Part shown: piece by piece, positions 45,498-54,538 of the stretch
How positions within the stretch are numbered: position 1 is the stretch's first letter
Layout: each line of letters starts with the position of its first letter
Assembly: GCA_051819685.1 (NCBI GenBank)
Contig: JBNJGI010000003.1
Coordinates: 1 to 59,150 of the forward strand
Source: Nanobdellota archaeon
GTDB taxonomy: Archaea > Nanobdellota > Nanobdellia > Woesearchaeales > DATGWN01
Length of the DNA stretch: 59,150 nt
Direction of reading: 5' to 3'
Made by a program: the position numbers and the translations under genes
The notes under the pieces: generated by a model
Seen by the model: only the letters and a program-made list of their open reading frames with translations
What the model was told of the DNA's origin: nothing
The model's database searches: none

Positions 45498-46391
45498 ATG
45501 GAGAAAAATAATTTAAAAGTAATATTCCATAGAAGGGCTGAATGGCTAAGAAATTATTCTGATGAGATTTATGATAAAATTATTACTTGTCTTCCTCCTA
45601 ATATACATTCTGTCAAATATAGGATAAAAGAATTTGATTCTTTTTTTAATAAGACTTTGAGGAAAGGGTATAAGAATCCTTTAAAACAATGTACTGATAT
45701 TCTTGGTTTCAGAATTATCTGTCTTTTCCATAATCAGGTGGAAAGCGTAAGAAATTCTTTGGATAAGCAATTCAATATTATTGAAGATTTTGAGAGAAAA
45801 AAAAGCTGTGATCAGTTTTCATATCAATCAAGACATATAGTTTGTGAAATGAAAGGGCTAAGGTTCGAAATACAGATAAGAACTATCCTTCAGGAAGCCT
45901 GGGCTGAGATAGAGCATTATTTTAATTATAAGCAGATTGGTATAGATGAAAAGAATCTCAGGAAAATTAATGCTCTTGCTGCACTTTTTGAGATTGCAGA
46001 TAGCCAGTTCGAAAATATTTATAATAATTATAACGATATTAAGAATAAGCCTTTAGATTCTGGAGATATGACTCCCGAAGCGCTTTATTATTATTGTAAA
46101 GATAAATTTCCTTGGGCTTGGAAAATGCCTGAGCAATTCAATGTAGAAAATATTGAGGAGTATAATAAAATTGTTAATTTTGCAGCTAAAAAAGGTATTA
46201 GTACTATTAAGCAGATTGATGAAGCTTATAAACGTAATAAAGATGAGATTGATAAATATGATAAGTATCATGTGAATGAGATTCTTGATAATCCTGTACA
46301 ATGGCCAAAAATTTATGAGAAAGTAAAAAAGACTAATCATTTTTTTAGTCCTATTATGATACTTTCAATAATTTTGAAAGAAATGATATAA
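45498..46391 (+). CDS. RelA/SpoT-domain protein: stand-alone (p)ppGpp-synthetase-fold enzyme (small alarmone synthetase / toxSAS-like) with an uncharacterised C-terminal extension
   Basis: Ordered synthetase motifs YRIKEFDSFFNK, DILGFRII, YQSRH and EIQIRTILQEAWAEIEH. No HD hydrolase, TGS or ACT regions. Confidence 0.75.
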   Translation: MEKNNLKVIFHRRAEWLRNYSDEIYDKIITCLPPNIHSVKYRIKEFDSFFNKTLRKGYKNPLKQCTDILGFRIICLFHNQVESVRNSLDKQFNIIEDFERKKSCDQFSYQSRHIVCEMKGLRFEIQIRTILQEAWAEIEHYFNYKQIGIDEKNLRKINALAALFEIADSQFENIYNNYNDIKNKPLDSGDMTPEALYYYCKDKFPWAWKMPEQFNVENIEEYNKIVNFAAKKGISTIKQIDEAYKRNKDEIDKYDKYHVNEILDNPVQWPKIYEKVKKTNHFFSPIMILSIILKEMI

Positions 46392-46395
46392 TTAT

Positions 46396-49134
46396 TCATC
46401 TGATTTTGAATAGTCCGTGATTCCTTTCCATATATTTTCTTAATTCTTCACTAGCAAGCAGGAATGCCCCTGCAAGAAACATCCAAGGTAAATATTCCAA
46501 AGGGAATGTATTGGTACTGAATATTTTGGATAAAGGATGGAAAAATATAAGCAATAGTAATAGTATTGTTTCTGATGCAATTCCAAGGAGAACTATCTTG
46601 TTTTTTAGTATGCCGGCTTTGAAAACTGACATTTTAGAAGTTCTGCATGCAAATACATTGAACATCTGAGTTATTATTATTGTTGCAAAAAAACCAGTTA
46701 CAGCGCTTTGGTAAAGAGGATTGGAGGCGGAAGGCACTCCTTGAGAAAATTCCCAGCCTCCCTGAAATAATATGGAAAAAAATACTAAAAATGAAAATAA
46801 AGCTTGTAAAGGCCCAAAATATCCATATGATCTTAATATCATTCTGTTATTGCATAGCTTAGAGTTTGGGTCTCTCGGTTTACGTTCCATTATGTCTGAA
46901 GAAGGAGGTTCTACTCCTAAGCCTATAGCGGGAAGCATATCTGTACCAAGATCAATCGCAAGTATGAGTAATACTGTCAGAGCCAACGGCCAGTTGAAAG
47001 GAGCTAATAGTACAAATAATAAGTAAGGTATTATTTCAGGGCCGTTACTTGTAAGTATATACATAATAAAACTTTGTATATTATCATAAACTGTCCTTCC
47101 ATATTCGATTGCTTTAGAGATTGTTGCAAAATTATCATCAAGAAGAACTATGTCTGAAGAATCTTTAGCTACATCTGTTCCGGTTATTCCCATTGATACT
47201 CCTACATCAGCTTTTTTCAGTGCAGGTGAATCATTGACTCCATCACCAGTAACTGCAACTATCTCATCTTTTTCCTGTAATGCTTTTACTATCCTAAGCT
47301 TATCTTCAGGTAATGATCTTGCAAAAATTAGTTCTTCGTAATCAAGGTTTTGTTTTAATTCATTATCATCCATTTTAGATAATTCTTCGCTTGTGATTAT
47401 TTTTGCGTTATTTTCAGATACTATTCCTACTTGATTAGCAATACTTTTTACTGTATTCCCCTGATCGCCTGAGATAACTATTATTTTTATTCCTGCTTTT
47501 TTGCATTTTTCAACTGCTTTTTTAACTTCAGGTCTTGGAGGATCCTGCATCATTATAAGACCATAAAAGATATAATTTTCCTTTTCAAGATTTTTCTCAT
47601 TGTTTTTTGTTAATTTCTTTGAGGCGAAGCCTAATACACGATATCCTTGTGATGAGTATTTATAGTTTTCATCAAGTATTTTCTTTTTTTCTTTTTTAGT
47701 GAGTTTTTTGAATTTGCCGTTTGAAAAGATATATGTGCATTTATTTATGAGTACTTCAGGAGCACCTTTTATGTATGCTTTTTTTGTCTTTCCTATTGAA
47801 TTTGCCGTTATCATATATTTTTTGCTTGACTCGAAAGGTATTTCGAATATCCTTTTCATTTTTTTTATGAAATATTCTATATTCGTGAAGTTTGATATGA
47901 ATTTTTTCAGACAGATTTCAGTAGGATCTCCGGAACTTTTTTCTGTACTGACATCGTAAGTGCTGTTGTTGCAATTGATTAATGTGTCTTTCATTTCATT
48001 GGATCCTGGTATTTCATGTATGTTCACTTCTTTACCTTTTAGTTTTATTGATTTGTTTTCTTCATTGAAATTGTATATATTTCCGTTCATATAGAAGCTA
48101 TTGACCGATAATATGTTTTTGGTAAGGGTTCCTGTCTTGTCTGAACATATCGTTGTAAGGCTTCCTAAAGTTTCAATTGAATCTATGTTCTTGACCAGAG
48201 CATTTTTCTTTGCCATTTTTTGAGCAGCAATTGAAAGAGTTAACGTAACAGTTGGAAGGAGTCCTTCCGGAACATTAGCTACTATTATACCGATAGCAAA
48301 AACCATGTTCACCCAGAAAGTATTACCTTGAAGAAATCCTAAGAGAAAGAATATGAATCCTAATGTTATCGCTATAGAAGATATTATTTTTATGAATTTG
48401 GCTAACTGTAATTGCATGTGTGTCTGTTTTTTTTCTACTGATCTTGTCATGGTAGCAATCTGACCTATTTTTGTGTCATCACCTGTATTCAAAACTACTG
48501 CTTTCCCGGATCCGTTTTGTACAAGAGTGCCACTGAAAATCATATTTCTGCTTAATATAGGATCATCATTAGTCCATTTTAATGATCTTAACTGAGGTTC
48601 GCTTTCACCTGTCAATGTTGAGTGGTCAACTTTAAGATTGAAACATTCTATGATTCTCGCGTCTGCAGGTATTTTATCTCCTTCCCTTAATAAGAATATA
48701 TCACCTGGAACAAGATTTTCTGAATCTATTTCTTTTTCTTTGCCATCTCTTATTACAGTGACTTTAGTAGTCATGAGATTCTTGAAAGATTTCATAGCCT
48801 GTTCAGCCTTAAATTCTTGTAGATAGGTGAATAAAGCATTGAGTACTGTTACTCCTAATAGCGCCCACCCTATATAATCAGATCCTTGTCCTGGAGAAAT
48901 ATAATCACTTATAAAAGAAAGTCCTGCCCCTATAAGTAAGAGTATGGAAAAAAAATTTTTGAACTGTAAAAGGAACTTGATAATTTGAGGAGTATCTTTT
49001 TTTTCAGTAAGCTTATTCTTGCCTTTTTCTTTTATTCTTTTGGAAGCTTCTTCCTGCGACAATCCTTTTTCCGAAGTTCTTATTTCAGAGAATAATTTTT
49101 TCAGAGGTATTTTATGCTTTTTTTGCTGTGACAT
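46396..49134 (-). CDS. P-type cation-transporting ATPase (P2-type, Ca2+ or Na+/K+-like)
   Basis: TGES, PEGL, CSDKTGTLT and TGDGVNDSPALKKADVG motifs. 912 aa with ~10 TM segments. Confidence 0.9.
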   Translation of the reverse strand: MSQQKKHKIPLKKLFSEIRTSEKGLSQEEASKRIKEKGKNKLTEKKDTPQIIKFLLQFKNFFSILLLIGAGLSFISDYISPGQGSDYIGWALLGVTVLNALFTYLQEFKAEQAMKSFKNLMTTKVTVIRDGKEKEIDSENLVPGDIFLLREGDKIPADARIIECFNLKVDHSTLTGESEPQLRSLKWTNDDPILSRNMIFSGTLVQNGSGKAVVLNTGDDTKIGQIATMTRSVEKKQTHMQLQLAKFIKIISSIAITLGFIFFLLGFLQGNTFWVNMVFAIGIIVANVPEGLLPTVTLTLSIAAQKMAKKNALVKNIDSIETLGSLTTICSDKTGTLTKNILSVNSFYMNGNIYNFNEENKSIKLKGKEVNIHEIPGSNEMKDTLINCNNSTYDVSTEKSSGDPTEICLKKFISNFTNIEYFIKKMKRIFEIPFESSKKYMITANSIGKTKKAYIKGAPEVLINKCTYIFSNGKFKKLTKKEKKKILDENYKYSSQGYRVLGFASKKLTKNNEKNLEKENYIFYGLIMMQDPPRPEVKKAVEKCKKAGIKIIVISGDQGNTVKSIANQVGIVSENNAKIITSEELSKMDDNELKQNLDYEELIFARSLPEDKLRIVKALQEKDEIVAVTGDGVNDSPALKKADVGVSMGITGTDVAKDSSDIVLLDDNFATISKAIEYGRTVYDNIQSFIMYILTSNGPEIIPYLLFVLLAPFNWPLALTVLLILAIDLGTDMLPAIGLGVEPPSSDIMERKPRDPNSKLCNNRMILRSYGYFGPLQALFSFLVFFSILFQGGWEFSQGVPSASNPLYQSAVTGFFATIIITQMFNVFACRTSKMSVFKAGILKNKIVLLGIASETILLLLLIFFHPLSKIFSTNTFPLEYLPWMFLAGAFLLASEELRKYMERNHGLFKIR

Positions 49135-50224
49135 TTTTATTTAGTTTCTTTTTTGTATGTTTTTTATGAATTTTGTATGTTGATACTATCAGGAGACTTT
49201 CAGCCCAGCCAAGAGGTGAATTCTCATTGTAATGATCAGTATTTGAGAAATATAATTCAGGTTCTTCTCCTTTTTCGTTAATTGTTTCAAGAGCTGCTTT
49301 TTCATAGGCTTTAGCTTTTTCTTTATCTCCTATTTTCTGGTATATTATAGAAAGCCAACTGAGACCGAAGGTCCATTCTGCTTCTTCTGAATAACCATCA
49401 GGGTTCCTGTTGTAATAGTAGTCATTCTTGTATCTTATGACTCCTTTTTTTCTCAAAAGGTGGTATTCGATATTTGTCAGTATATCTTCCCTTTGTTTTT
49501 TGTTGACTATATTGTAAGGATATATGAGCGATAATAATGCAAGATCTACAAATTTCTTGTCGGATTCTCTTGGAAGTAATTTACTTAAAGTTTTTTTTCC
49601 ATGTTCTATTAATGTAGGGAGTACATTTATTCCTTCTATGCCTGATATCTTTTGTAGCCCCGCAACACAAGCTCCTACTGATGATGCATGTATTTCTTCA
49701 TCTTCTTCCCACATCCCACTGTCATAATCGTGCCAGTATTGTATTGATTGGAGGTAATCCACCAGAAGCTGTACTATTTGATAGTCTTCTTTAGTTTCAA
49801 GTATAGTGAAACTTTTACCATGTTCTTTATGAGTAGCTAATTCTCCTATTTTATATAATATAGCACCTATTGAATCGTTTTGTTTATTTCCCCATTCTTC
49901 CCAGAATTCATTGAATGTTTCAGGATGAAATCTTGCATGGATGTATTGCCATCTTTCTTTCGGTCTTTCTCTTATGGCGTGTTCTATTTTTTCTTTATGT
50001 TTCTTGAAAATAGCTAATAATGCTTTGTATGTTTTCTGGACTGTCTTCCAATCACCCATAACTTCAAATGCTAAACATTCATAGAAGTTGTCTCTTAACC
50101 AACTTTTGTCATATCCTGTGTCTACTTTCTTGTTTGAAGCTGCAAAAAGTCCTGAATCATATTGAAGATCCCTGAGTATATTTATATGATGTTTTATAAG
50201 AGCATTATAGCTTAACATTTTCAC
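49112..50224 (-). CDS. Glycoside hydrolase family 15-like (glucoamylase-type (alpha/alpha)6 barrel, catalytic domain only)
   Basis: SWLRDNFY (W-x-RD) and DSGMWEEDEEIHASSVG (WEE general-acid region) motifs. 370 aa. Confidence 0.6.
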   Translation of the reverse strand: MKMLSYNALIKHHINILRDLQYDSGLFAASNKKVDTGYDKSWLRDNFYECLAFEVMGDWKTVQKTYKALLAIFKKHKEKIEHAIRERPKERWQYIHARFHPETFNEFWEEWGNKQNDSIGAILYKIGELATHKEHGKSFTILETKEDYQIVQLLVDYLQSIQYWHDYDSGMWEEDEEIHASSVGACVAGLQKISGIEGINVLPTLIEHGKKTLSKLLPRESDKKFVDLALLSLIYPYNIVNKKQREDILTNIEYHLLRKKGVIRYKNDYYYNRNPDGYSEEAEWTFGLSWLSIIYQKIGDKEKAKAYEKAALETINEKGEEPELYFSNTDHYNENSPLGWAESLLIVSTYKIHKKHTKKKLNKNVTAKKA

Positions 50225-50270
50225 CTCTTATGTTGTTATTTAGATTTGTTTTTATAAATATTTTGTTGTT

Positions 50271-50305
50271 GTAGTAGACGACATAAATAAAAGGTATTTT
50301 ATATT
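50271..50305 (+). mobile_element. MITE-B relic B4 (left end only)
   Basis: TAGTAGACGACATAAATAAAAGGTATTTTATATTG. It starts 46 bp upstream of the GH15 ATG (50224). Confidence 0.6.
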
Positions 50306-50317
50306 GATTTCAAGAAA

Positions 50318-50716
50318 TTATATTTCCCTTCTTAAAAAATGACCTATATCATAAAGATTGTGATAACTTGATCCTTTTTTTTCAGCTATCCCTAAAATTT
50401 CATTATAGCCATTTATAACTATATGTTTTTTTGAAGGAACAATACCTTTACTGCTTTTTTTTACCTCATTTTCTTTAAGATCCCGTCCAAGAGTGAAGAA
50501 CCAACTACTTTTCTTATTCAGTGTTATAGAAGGCAGTTTTGAAGATAACATTTCCAGTAGTAAAGGACTTGGATAAAAATCTTTGTCTTTTAATTCTCCA
50601 AGATAATAAGGATTGAATAGTTCACCTTTTTCGTTTTTAATGAAATATTTTCTATCCACCAGGTTTTGTTTGATGTTAAGTATTCTGAATATTTCCTGTA
50701 TATGACTCTTCATCAT
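50318..50716 (-). CDS. Nip7-like PUA-domain protein (putative ribosome-biogenesis/RNA-binding)
   Basis: FYPSPLLLEML..., FTLGRDL..., HIVINGYNEILGIAEK... and the C-terminal YDIGHFLRRE match the Nip7/PUA pattern (D.G.YLR.E). Confidence 0.45.
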   Translation of the reverse strand: MMKSHIQEIFRILNIKQNLVDRKYFIKNEKGELFNPYYLGELKDKDFYPSPLLLEMLSSKLPSITLNKKSSWFFTLGRDLKENEVKKSSKGIVPSKKHIVINGYNEILGIAEKKGSSYHNLYDIGHFLRREI

Positions 50717-51968
50717 CGTAAATTACATTCAATTCATATCCTGTGAGCATAAGGATTTCTTTGACCATTTTCTTTTTTTTGTTTTCTATGTTTAATGATT
50801 CGATATCTTTTTTCTTTTCATCTTTCATAGATTCTAGTTCTTTTATTTTGTCCTTGTAATAATTGATCCTACTTTCTAAATCATTTATTTCATTGAATAT
50901 TGCATGTTTTCCGAGTTTTTTCTTGATCTTATTTTCTTGTCGTTTTTGAGAATCATATTCCTCTATTAATTTTTCAATCTTATCTTTAAAATCCTTCAGG
51001 GTTCCTTCTTTTGCTTTCTTTAATATTTCTTTAAGTTTTTTTCCTTCATCCTGGTTTAATGTATTTTCAAAGTCTTTAGATAATTCCTTTGCATAATTAG
51101 ATTCTCCTTCATTTTCAGCCAATTTGTAAAATTCAATTTCATTTTCTTTGATTTCGGCCATCATTTTATCCATTATTTGAGATTTTTTTTCTTGTACTGA
51201 TGAAAGTCCTGAATCTTCTTTTAAAACTTGTTTGTATCTTGTAGATTTTTTAAGGTCATTCATTTTAAATGAAAGTTTCTTGTAATGGTTTTTTACATCT
51301 TCGAGTTTTTTTTGTATAGAATTAATTTCAGATTCAATTTTAGTTTTCTTTAAAATAGATGTTTTTATGTCATCTATCATAGATATAATTGATTTAAGTT
51401 TAAAATCTTGTTTTCCGAATATCATATTTTCGGATTTGTATGATTCATCCTTTATATTCTCAAGGGATTTTGAAAATTTATTGATTTCTTCCGGAAAATA
51501 ATCCTCAACCTTTTTTATTGATGTTTCTATGTTATCTGAAAGGTTTTCTGCTTTTTTCCTAATTTTCCTTATATCTTCTCTTATATCATTTAAGGATACA
51601 GATTTATCGAGTTCACCGTTTTTATAATATTTTTTTATGAAATATTTAGAATCGTTTTTCAGGAATTTATCAGTTTCTTCTACAATATAATTGATTCTTC
51701 TATTTACGCTTTCTTTCAGATATCTTGATATATCGAGTCGTTCTAATTCAAGATTTTTAATTTTATCATAGTTTTGAGAGAGCCCATCAATACTTTGAGA
51801 TAAAGAATCAAGGATGTTCTCAGAACTTGAAAGCACACTATCTGAGTTTTCAGAAGTTATCTTATATAACCAATCAATTATAGATGAGAACCTTATATCT
51901 ACTTTTTCTGTATTCTTTTTTTTCTGATTTTTCCTGAATAAATCCAGTATTTTACCTATTTTAAGCAT
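50676..51968 (-). CDS. Long coiled-coil protein, unknown function
   Basis: 430 aa, K/E/I/N-rich with heptad character. 41-bp overlap with the downstream PUA gene. Confidence 0.55.
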   Translation of the reverse strand: MLKIGKILDLFRKNQKKKNTEKVDIRFSSIIDWLYKITSENSDSVLSSSENILDSLSQSIDGLSQNYDKIKNLELERLDISRYLKESVNRRINYIVEETDKFLKNDSKYFIKKYYKNGELDKSVSLNDIREDIRKIRKKAENLSDNIETSIKKVEDYFPEEINKFSKSLENIKDESYKSENMIFGKQDFKLKSIISMIDDIKTSILKKTKIESEINSIQKKLEDVKNHYKKLSFKMNDLKKSTRYKQVLKEDSGLSSVQEKKSQIMDKMMAEIKENEIEFYKLAENEGESNYAKELSKDFENTLNQDEGKKLKEILKKAKEGTLKDFKDKIEKLIEEYDSQKRQENKIKKKLGKHAIFNEINDLESRINYYKDKIKELESMKDEKKKDIESLNIENKKKKMVKEILMLTGYELNVIYDDEESYTGNIQNT

Positions 51969-52027
51969 TTTAATTAATGTTATGAAGAAGCAGTATTTAT
52001 AAATTTAAGTTTTTAATGGCACAATCA

Positions 52028-52132
52028 CAAAAATAAGTGATATTGCGAGCCATGTTTCACTTCTTACCGCAAATTCAAAACTACTTCAAGGCAATATTAT
52101 CACTTATTTTGTTGCATGTGCCTTTTTAAGGG
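52028..52132 (+). mobile_element. MITE-A copy A7 (105-bp internally deleted derivative)
   Basis: Both TIRs are intact. Flanked by TTTTTAAT (52020-52027) and TTTTTAAG (52133-52140). Confidence 0.8.
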
Positions 52133-52296
52133 CTCATTCACTGTTAATAAATTTAAATGTAAAGCTAATTCAAGATTATATGATGAGAAAATTACTCGAT
52201 TTTATAATAATATGTGAATTTTAAACAAAATTTACCGTAAACTTTTTAAGAATAAAAATGTACTTTAATCTAAAACATTATAAGGTGTAAAAAAAT

Positions 52297-52620
52297 ATGT
52301 CAGAAGAACAGGAAAAACCAGTCTCAATTGGAGATGTAATAGATGTAAAAATCGAAGCCGTAGGAAAGAAAGGTGATGGAATTGCTAAAATAAATAATTT
52401 TGTTATTTTTGTTCCGGAAGCTAAAGAAGGCGAAGAAATTAAAGTTAAGGTCAACAAGGTCCTAAATAAAGTAGCTTTTGCTAACAAAGTAGAAGGATCA
52501 GCTAAGAAACAGGAAACCGAAGTTGAAGAAGAATCTAATAATAAGGATAACGAAGAAGAAGAGGATGAATCTGATTCAGGTAAAGAAGAAGAAAGTCCTA
52601 AAGATAGCGAGGATTTTTAG
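52297..52620 (+). CDS. TRAM-domain protein with an acidic C-terminal tail
   Basis: IGDVIDVKIEAVGKKGDGIAKINNFVIFVPEAKEGEEIKVKVNKV is the TRAM fold pattern. E/D/S-rich tail. Confidence 0.75.
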   Translation: MSEEQEKPVSIGDVIDVKIEAVGKKGDGIAKINNFVIFVPEAKEGEEIKVKVNKVLNKVAFANKVEGSAKKQETEVEEESNNKDNEEEEDESDSGKEEESPKDSEDF

Positions 52621-52675
52621 TTGAAAAAATTTATAAATCAACTATGACAGCACAATCAAACAGGAGGTTAATAAG

Positions 52676-52945
52676 ATGTTAAGGATGAAAAAAATTACCG
52701 AGACTTATGATATGAAAGTCTTTACTGACCAAGGTGATTACTTTGGTGATATTGAAGAATGTATTATTTCTGAAAATAAGGTTTTCGGATGGAGAGTTAA
52801 AAGTACAAAGAATTCCTACCTGGATAAAGTGCTGGGTTCTGCAAAAGGAGTCATTGTTCCACATCAGCTTGTTAAAGCAGCTGGGGATATTATGATTATA
52901 AATAAGACAGCAGTACCTAACTATAATCCTGAAGAAGAGGAATGA
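52676..52945 (+). CDS. PRC-barrel domain protein
   Basis: 89 aa. ...MKVFTDQGDYFGDIEECIISENKVFGWRV... AGGAGGT lies at 52662-52668 as a Shine-Dalgarno site. Confidence 0.65.
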   Translation: MLRMKKITETYDMKVFTDQGDYFGDIEECIISENKVFGWRVKSTKNSYLDKVLGSAKGVIVPHQLVKAAGDIMIINKTAVPNYNPEEEE

Positions 52946-53565
52946 AAGCTATAATTTTTGACATGGACGGGGTCATAGCGAATAGTATGCCCCTTCATGA
53001 ATCTATTTATTCTGAATTATTAAAACCTTATGGAATTTCTATAAATTCAAAAGATTTTAGAGATAATTATGCAGGAAAACCTATAAAAGATATTTTTTAT
53101 GAATTAATTAAAGATAAAAAGAAAGCTGAAGAGTTTGCAAATATAAAGTCTAAAAAGGTTATTGAAAGGATTGATGAAGTTATTCCTGTAAAAGGTGTTG
53201 TATCTTTAATTAAAAAGTACTCAGATTATCCTTTAGCTGTTGCTTCAGGTTCTGAAAAAATGATTGTAGATGAAATACTTAAACATTTAGGGGTTTACAA
53301 TAATTTTGATGCTATTGTTTCTAGTAGCGATGTTAAAAAAGGAAAGCCTGACCCTGAGATTTATTTGAAAGCTGCAGACATTTTGAACATCAATCCAAAA
53401 GATTGCATTGTTATTGAAGATGCATATAATGGAGTGTTAGCAGCTAAAAGAGCAGGTATGAAATGTGTCGGACTTGTAGAGGATGATGTTCCTGAAAATC
53501 ATGAAAATTTCCCAGCTGATATTATTGTTAAAAGTTTGAAAGAGCTTAATTTATCTTCTTTTTAA
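52942..53565 (+). CDS. HAD-family hydrolase (beta-phosphoglucomutase/phosphatase subfamily IA)
   Basis: IIFDMDGVIANS (motif I), VASGS (motif II), K...GKPDPEIY, IEDAYNGVLAAKRAGM (motif IV). Confidence 0.8.
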   Translation: MKAIIFDMDGVIANSMPLHESIYSELLKPYGISINSKDFRDNYAGKPIKDIFYELIKDKKKAEEFANIKSKKVIERIDEVIPVKGVVSLIKKYSDYPLAVASGSEKMIVDEILKHLGVYNNFDAIVSSSDVKKGKPDPEIYLKAADILNINPKDCIVIEDAYNGVLAAKRAGMKCVGLVEDDVPENHENFPADIIVKSLKELNLSSF

Positions 53566-53582
53566 TATATATAGTTTAAAAT

Positions 53583-54326
53583 TTAGTTTGCTAATTCTTT
53601 TTGAAGAAGTTCATCTATTCTTTGCATGATATTTATCACTTTTTTATTGAAGTCTTGTTCCATCTTTAATTTACTAATTTGTGTATAGTATCCCCCTGCT
53701 GATGCAACTTGACCTGCTGATAAGTTTTCATTATTTTTCAACCTTTTTTCCACCATTTTTTCGAAATCATTAAGAGTTTTTTCATTCAATTTTTCTAGTT
53801 TATTTATTTGTTTAGTTTTTTGATTATTAGCTTTCATGTATGTCTTTATAGATTTCGCATTAACTTTTCTACATTCTATAATCAGTTTATTTTTTGATTC
53901 TTTATTTTCCCAGTTTGTATCAAGTAGCTTAGAAAGAAGGTAATATAAGCTTCCTTTATCTTTTGAGCCAATCAGAAAACATCCTTCGATTACTAACCTA
54001 CATTCACTAAGACTCATTTCATCAGGATTATATTTTTTGTAATTCTGATAACTTAATTGAGAATAGCCATAATTATCATTGTTTCCGATTATTTTTTCTG
54101 ATAAGTTTTCATAATGTTTAAGTTCTTCAGGTATTTGAGTTTTATTTCCATTCTCGACTTGAATAATCTCTTCTTTAACTTTTTGTTCTACTTGATTATT
54201 CTTATTTTTGTCCTGAATTCCACAACCTGTTAAAAAAACAGAAATTGCAGCAATTTGCAATAATCTTTTTAGTTTTCTTTTTTTATCATTCATGAAAACA
54301 TTTTTTATCTGATTTTTTAATCTCAT
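53583..54326 (-). CDS. Putative lipoprotein, unknown function
   Basis: Signal-like N-terminus with the lipobox-like FLTGC. 247 aa. Confidence 0.5.
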   Translation of the reverse strand: MRLKNQIKNVFMNDKKRKLKRLLQIAAISVFLTGCGIQDKNKNNQVEQKVKEEIIQVENGNKTQIPEELKHYENLSEKIIGNNDNYGYSQLSYQNYKKYNPDEMSLSECRLVIEGCFLIGSKDKGSLYYLLSKLLDTNWENKESKNKLIIECRKVNAKSIKTYMKANNQKTKQINKLEKLNEKTLNDFEKMVEKRLKNNENLSAGQVASAGGYYTQISKLKMEQDFNKKVINIMQRIDELLQKELAN

Positions 54327-54396
54327 GCTATTTCTAATTTTAGGATTAATTAATAAATTTTTTTAAAATATAATCAGCTATATATGATTTTTCTAT

Positions 54397-54455
54397 TTTT
54401 TTATTGTCTTGCAGAAAAACCAGAAATTTTGGCTAGACTAATTCTGTCAAATATT
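54397..54455 (-). mobile_element. MITE-B relic B5 (internal fragment)
   Basis: TTGTCTTGCAGAAAAACCAGAAATTTTGGCTAGACTAATTCTGTCAAAT matches the B1 interior. Confidence 0.6.
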
Positions 54456-54462
54456 GACAATT

Positions 54463-54500
54463 ATAATAAATTGAGTGATATTGTGAAAAATGTTTGTTAA
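54463..54500 (+). mobile_element. MITE-A relic A8 (left-TIR fragment)
   Basis: AAATTGAGTGATATTGTGAAAAATGTTTG compared with AAAATGAGTGATATTGCGAACAAATGTTCG. Confidence 0.55.
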
Positions 54501-54538
54501 ATTGTTCCATTAGGCTGCTAAATAATAAATAAAATTAT

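Noticed and set aside
52179-52250. ATGATGA (C-box-like) at 52179-52185, considered as a possible C/D-box sRNA.
   Set aside because: There is no CTGA D box or C'/D' arrangement within the expected 50-70 nt downstream.
52648-52660. AGCACAATCAAAC just upstream of the PRC-barrel gene, which resembles the MITE-A left tip (GGCACAATCAAAA).
   Set aside because: The similarity is only ~12 nt, with no adjoining GAGTGATATTGC core. This is within chance expectation.
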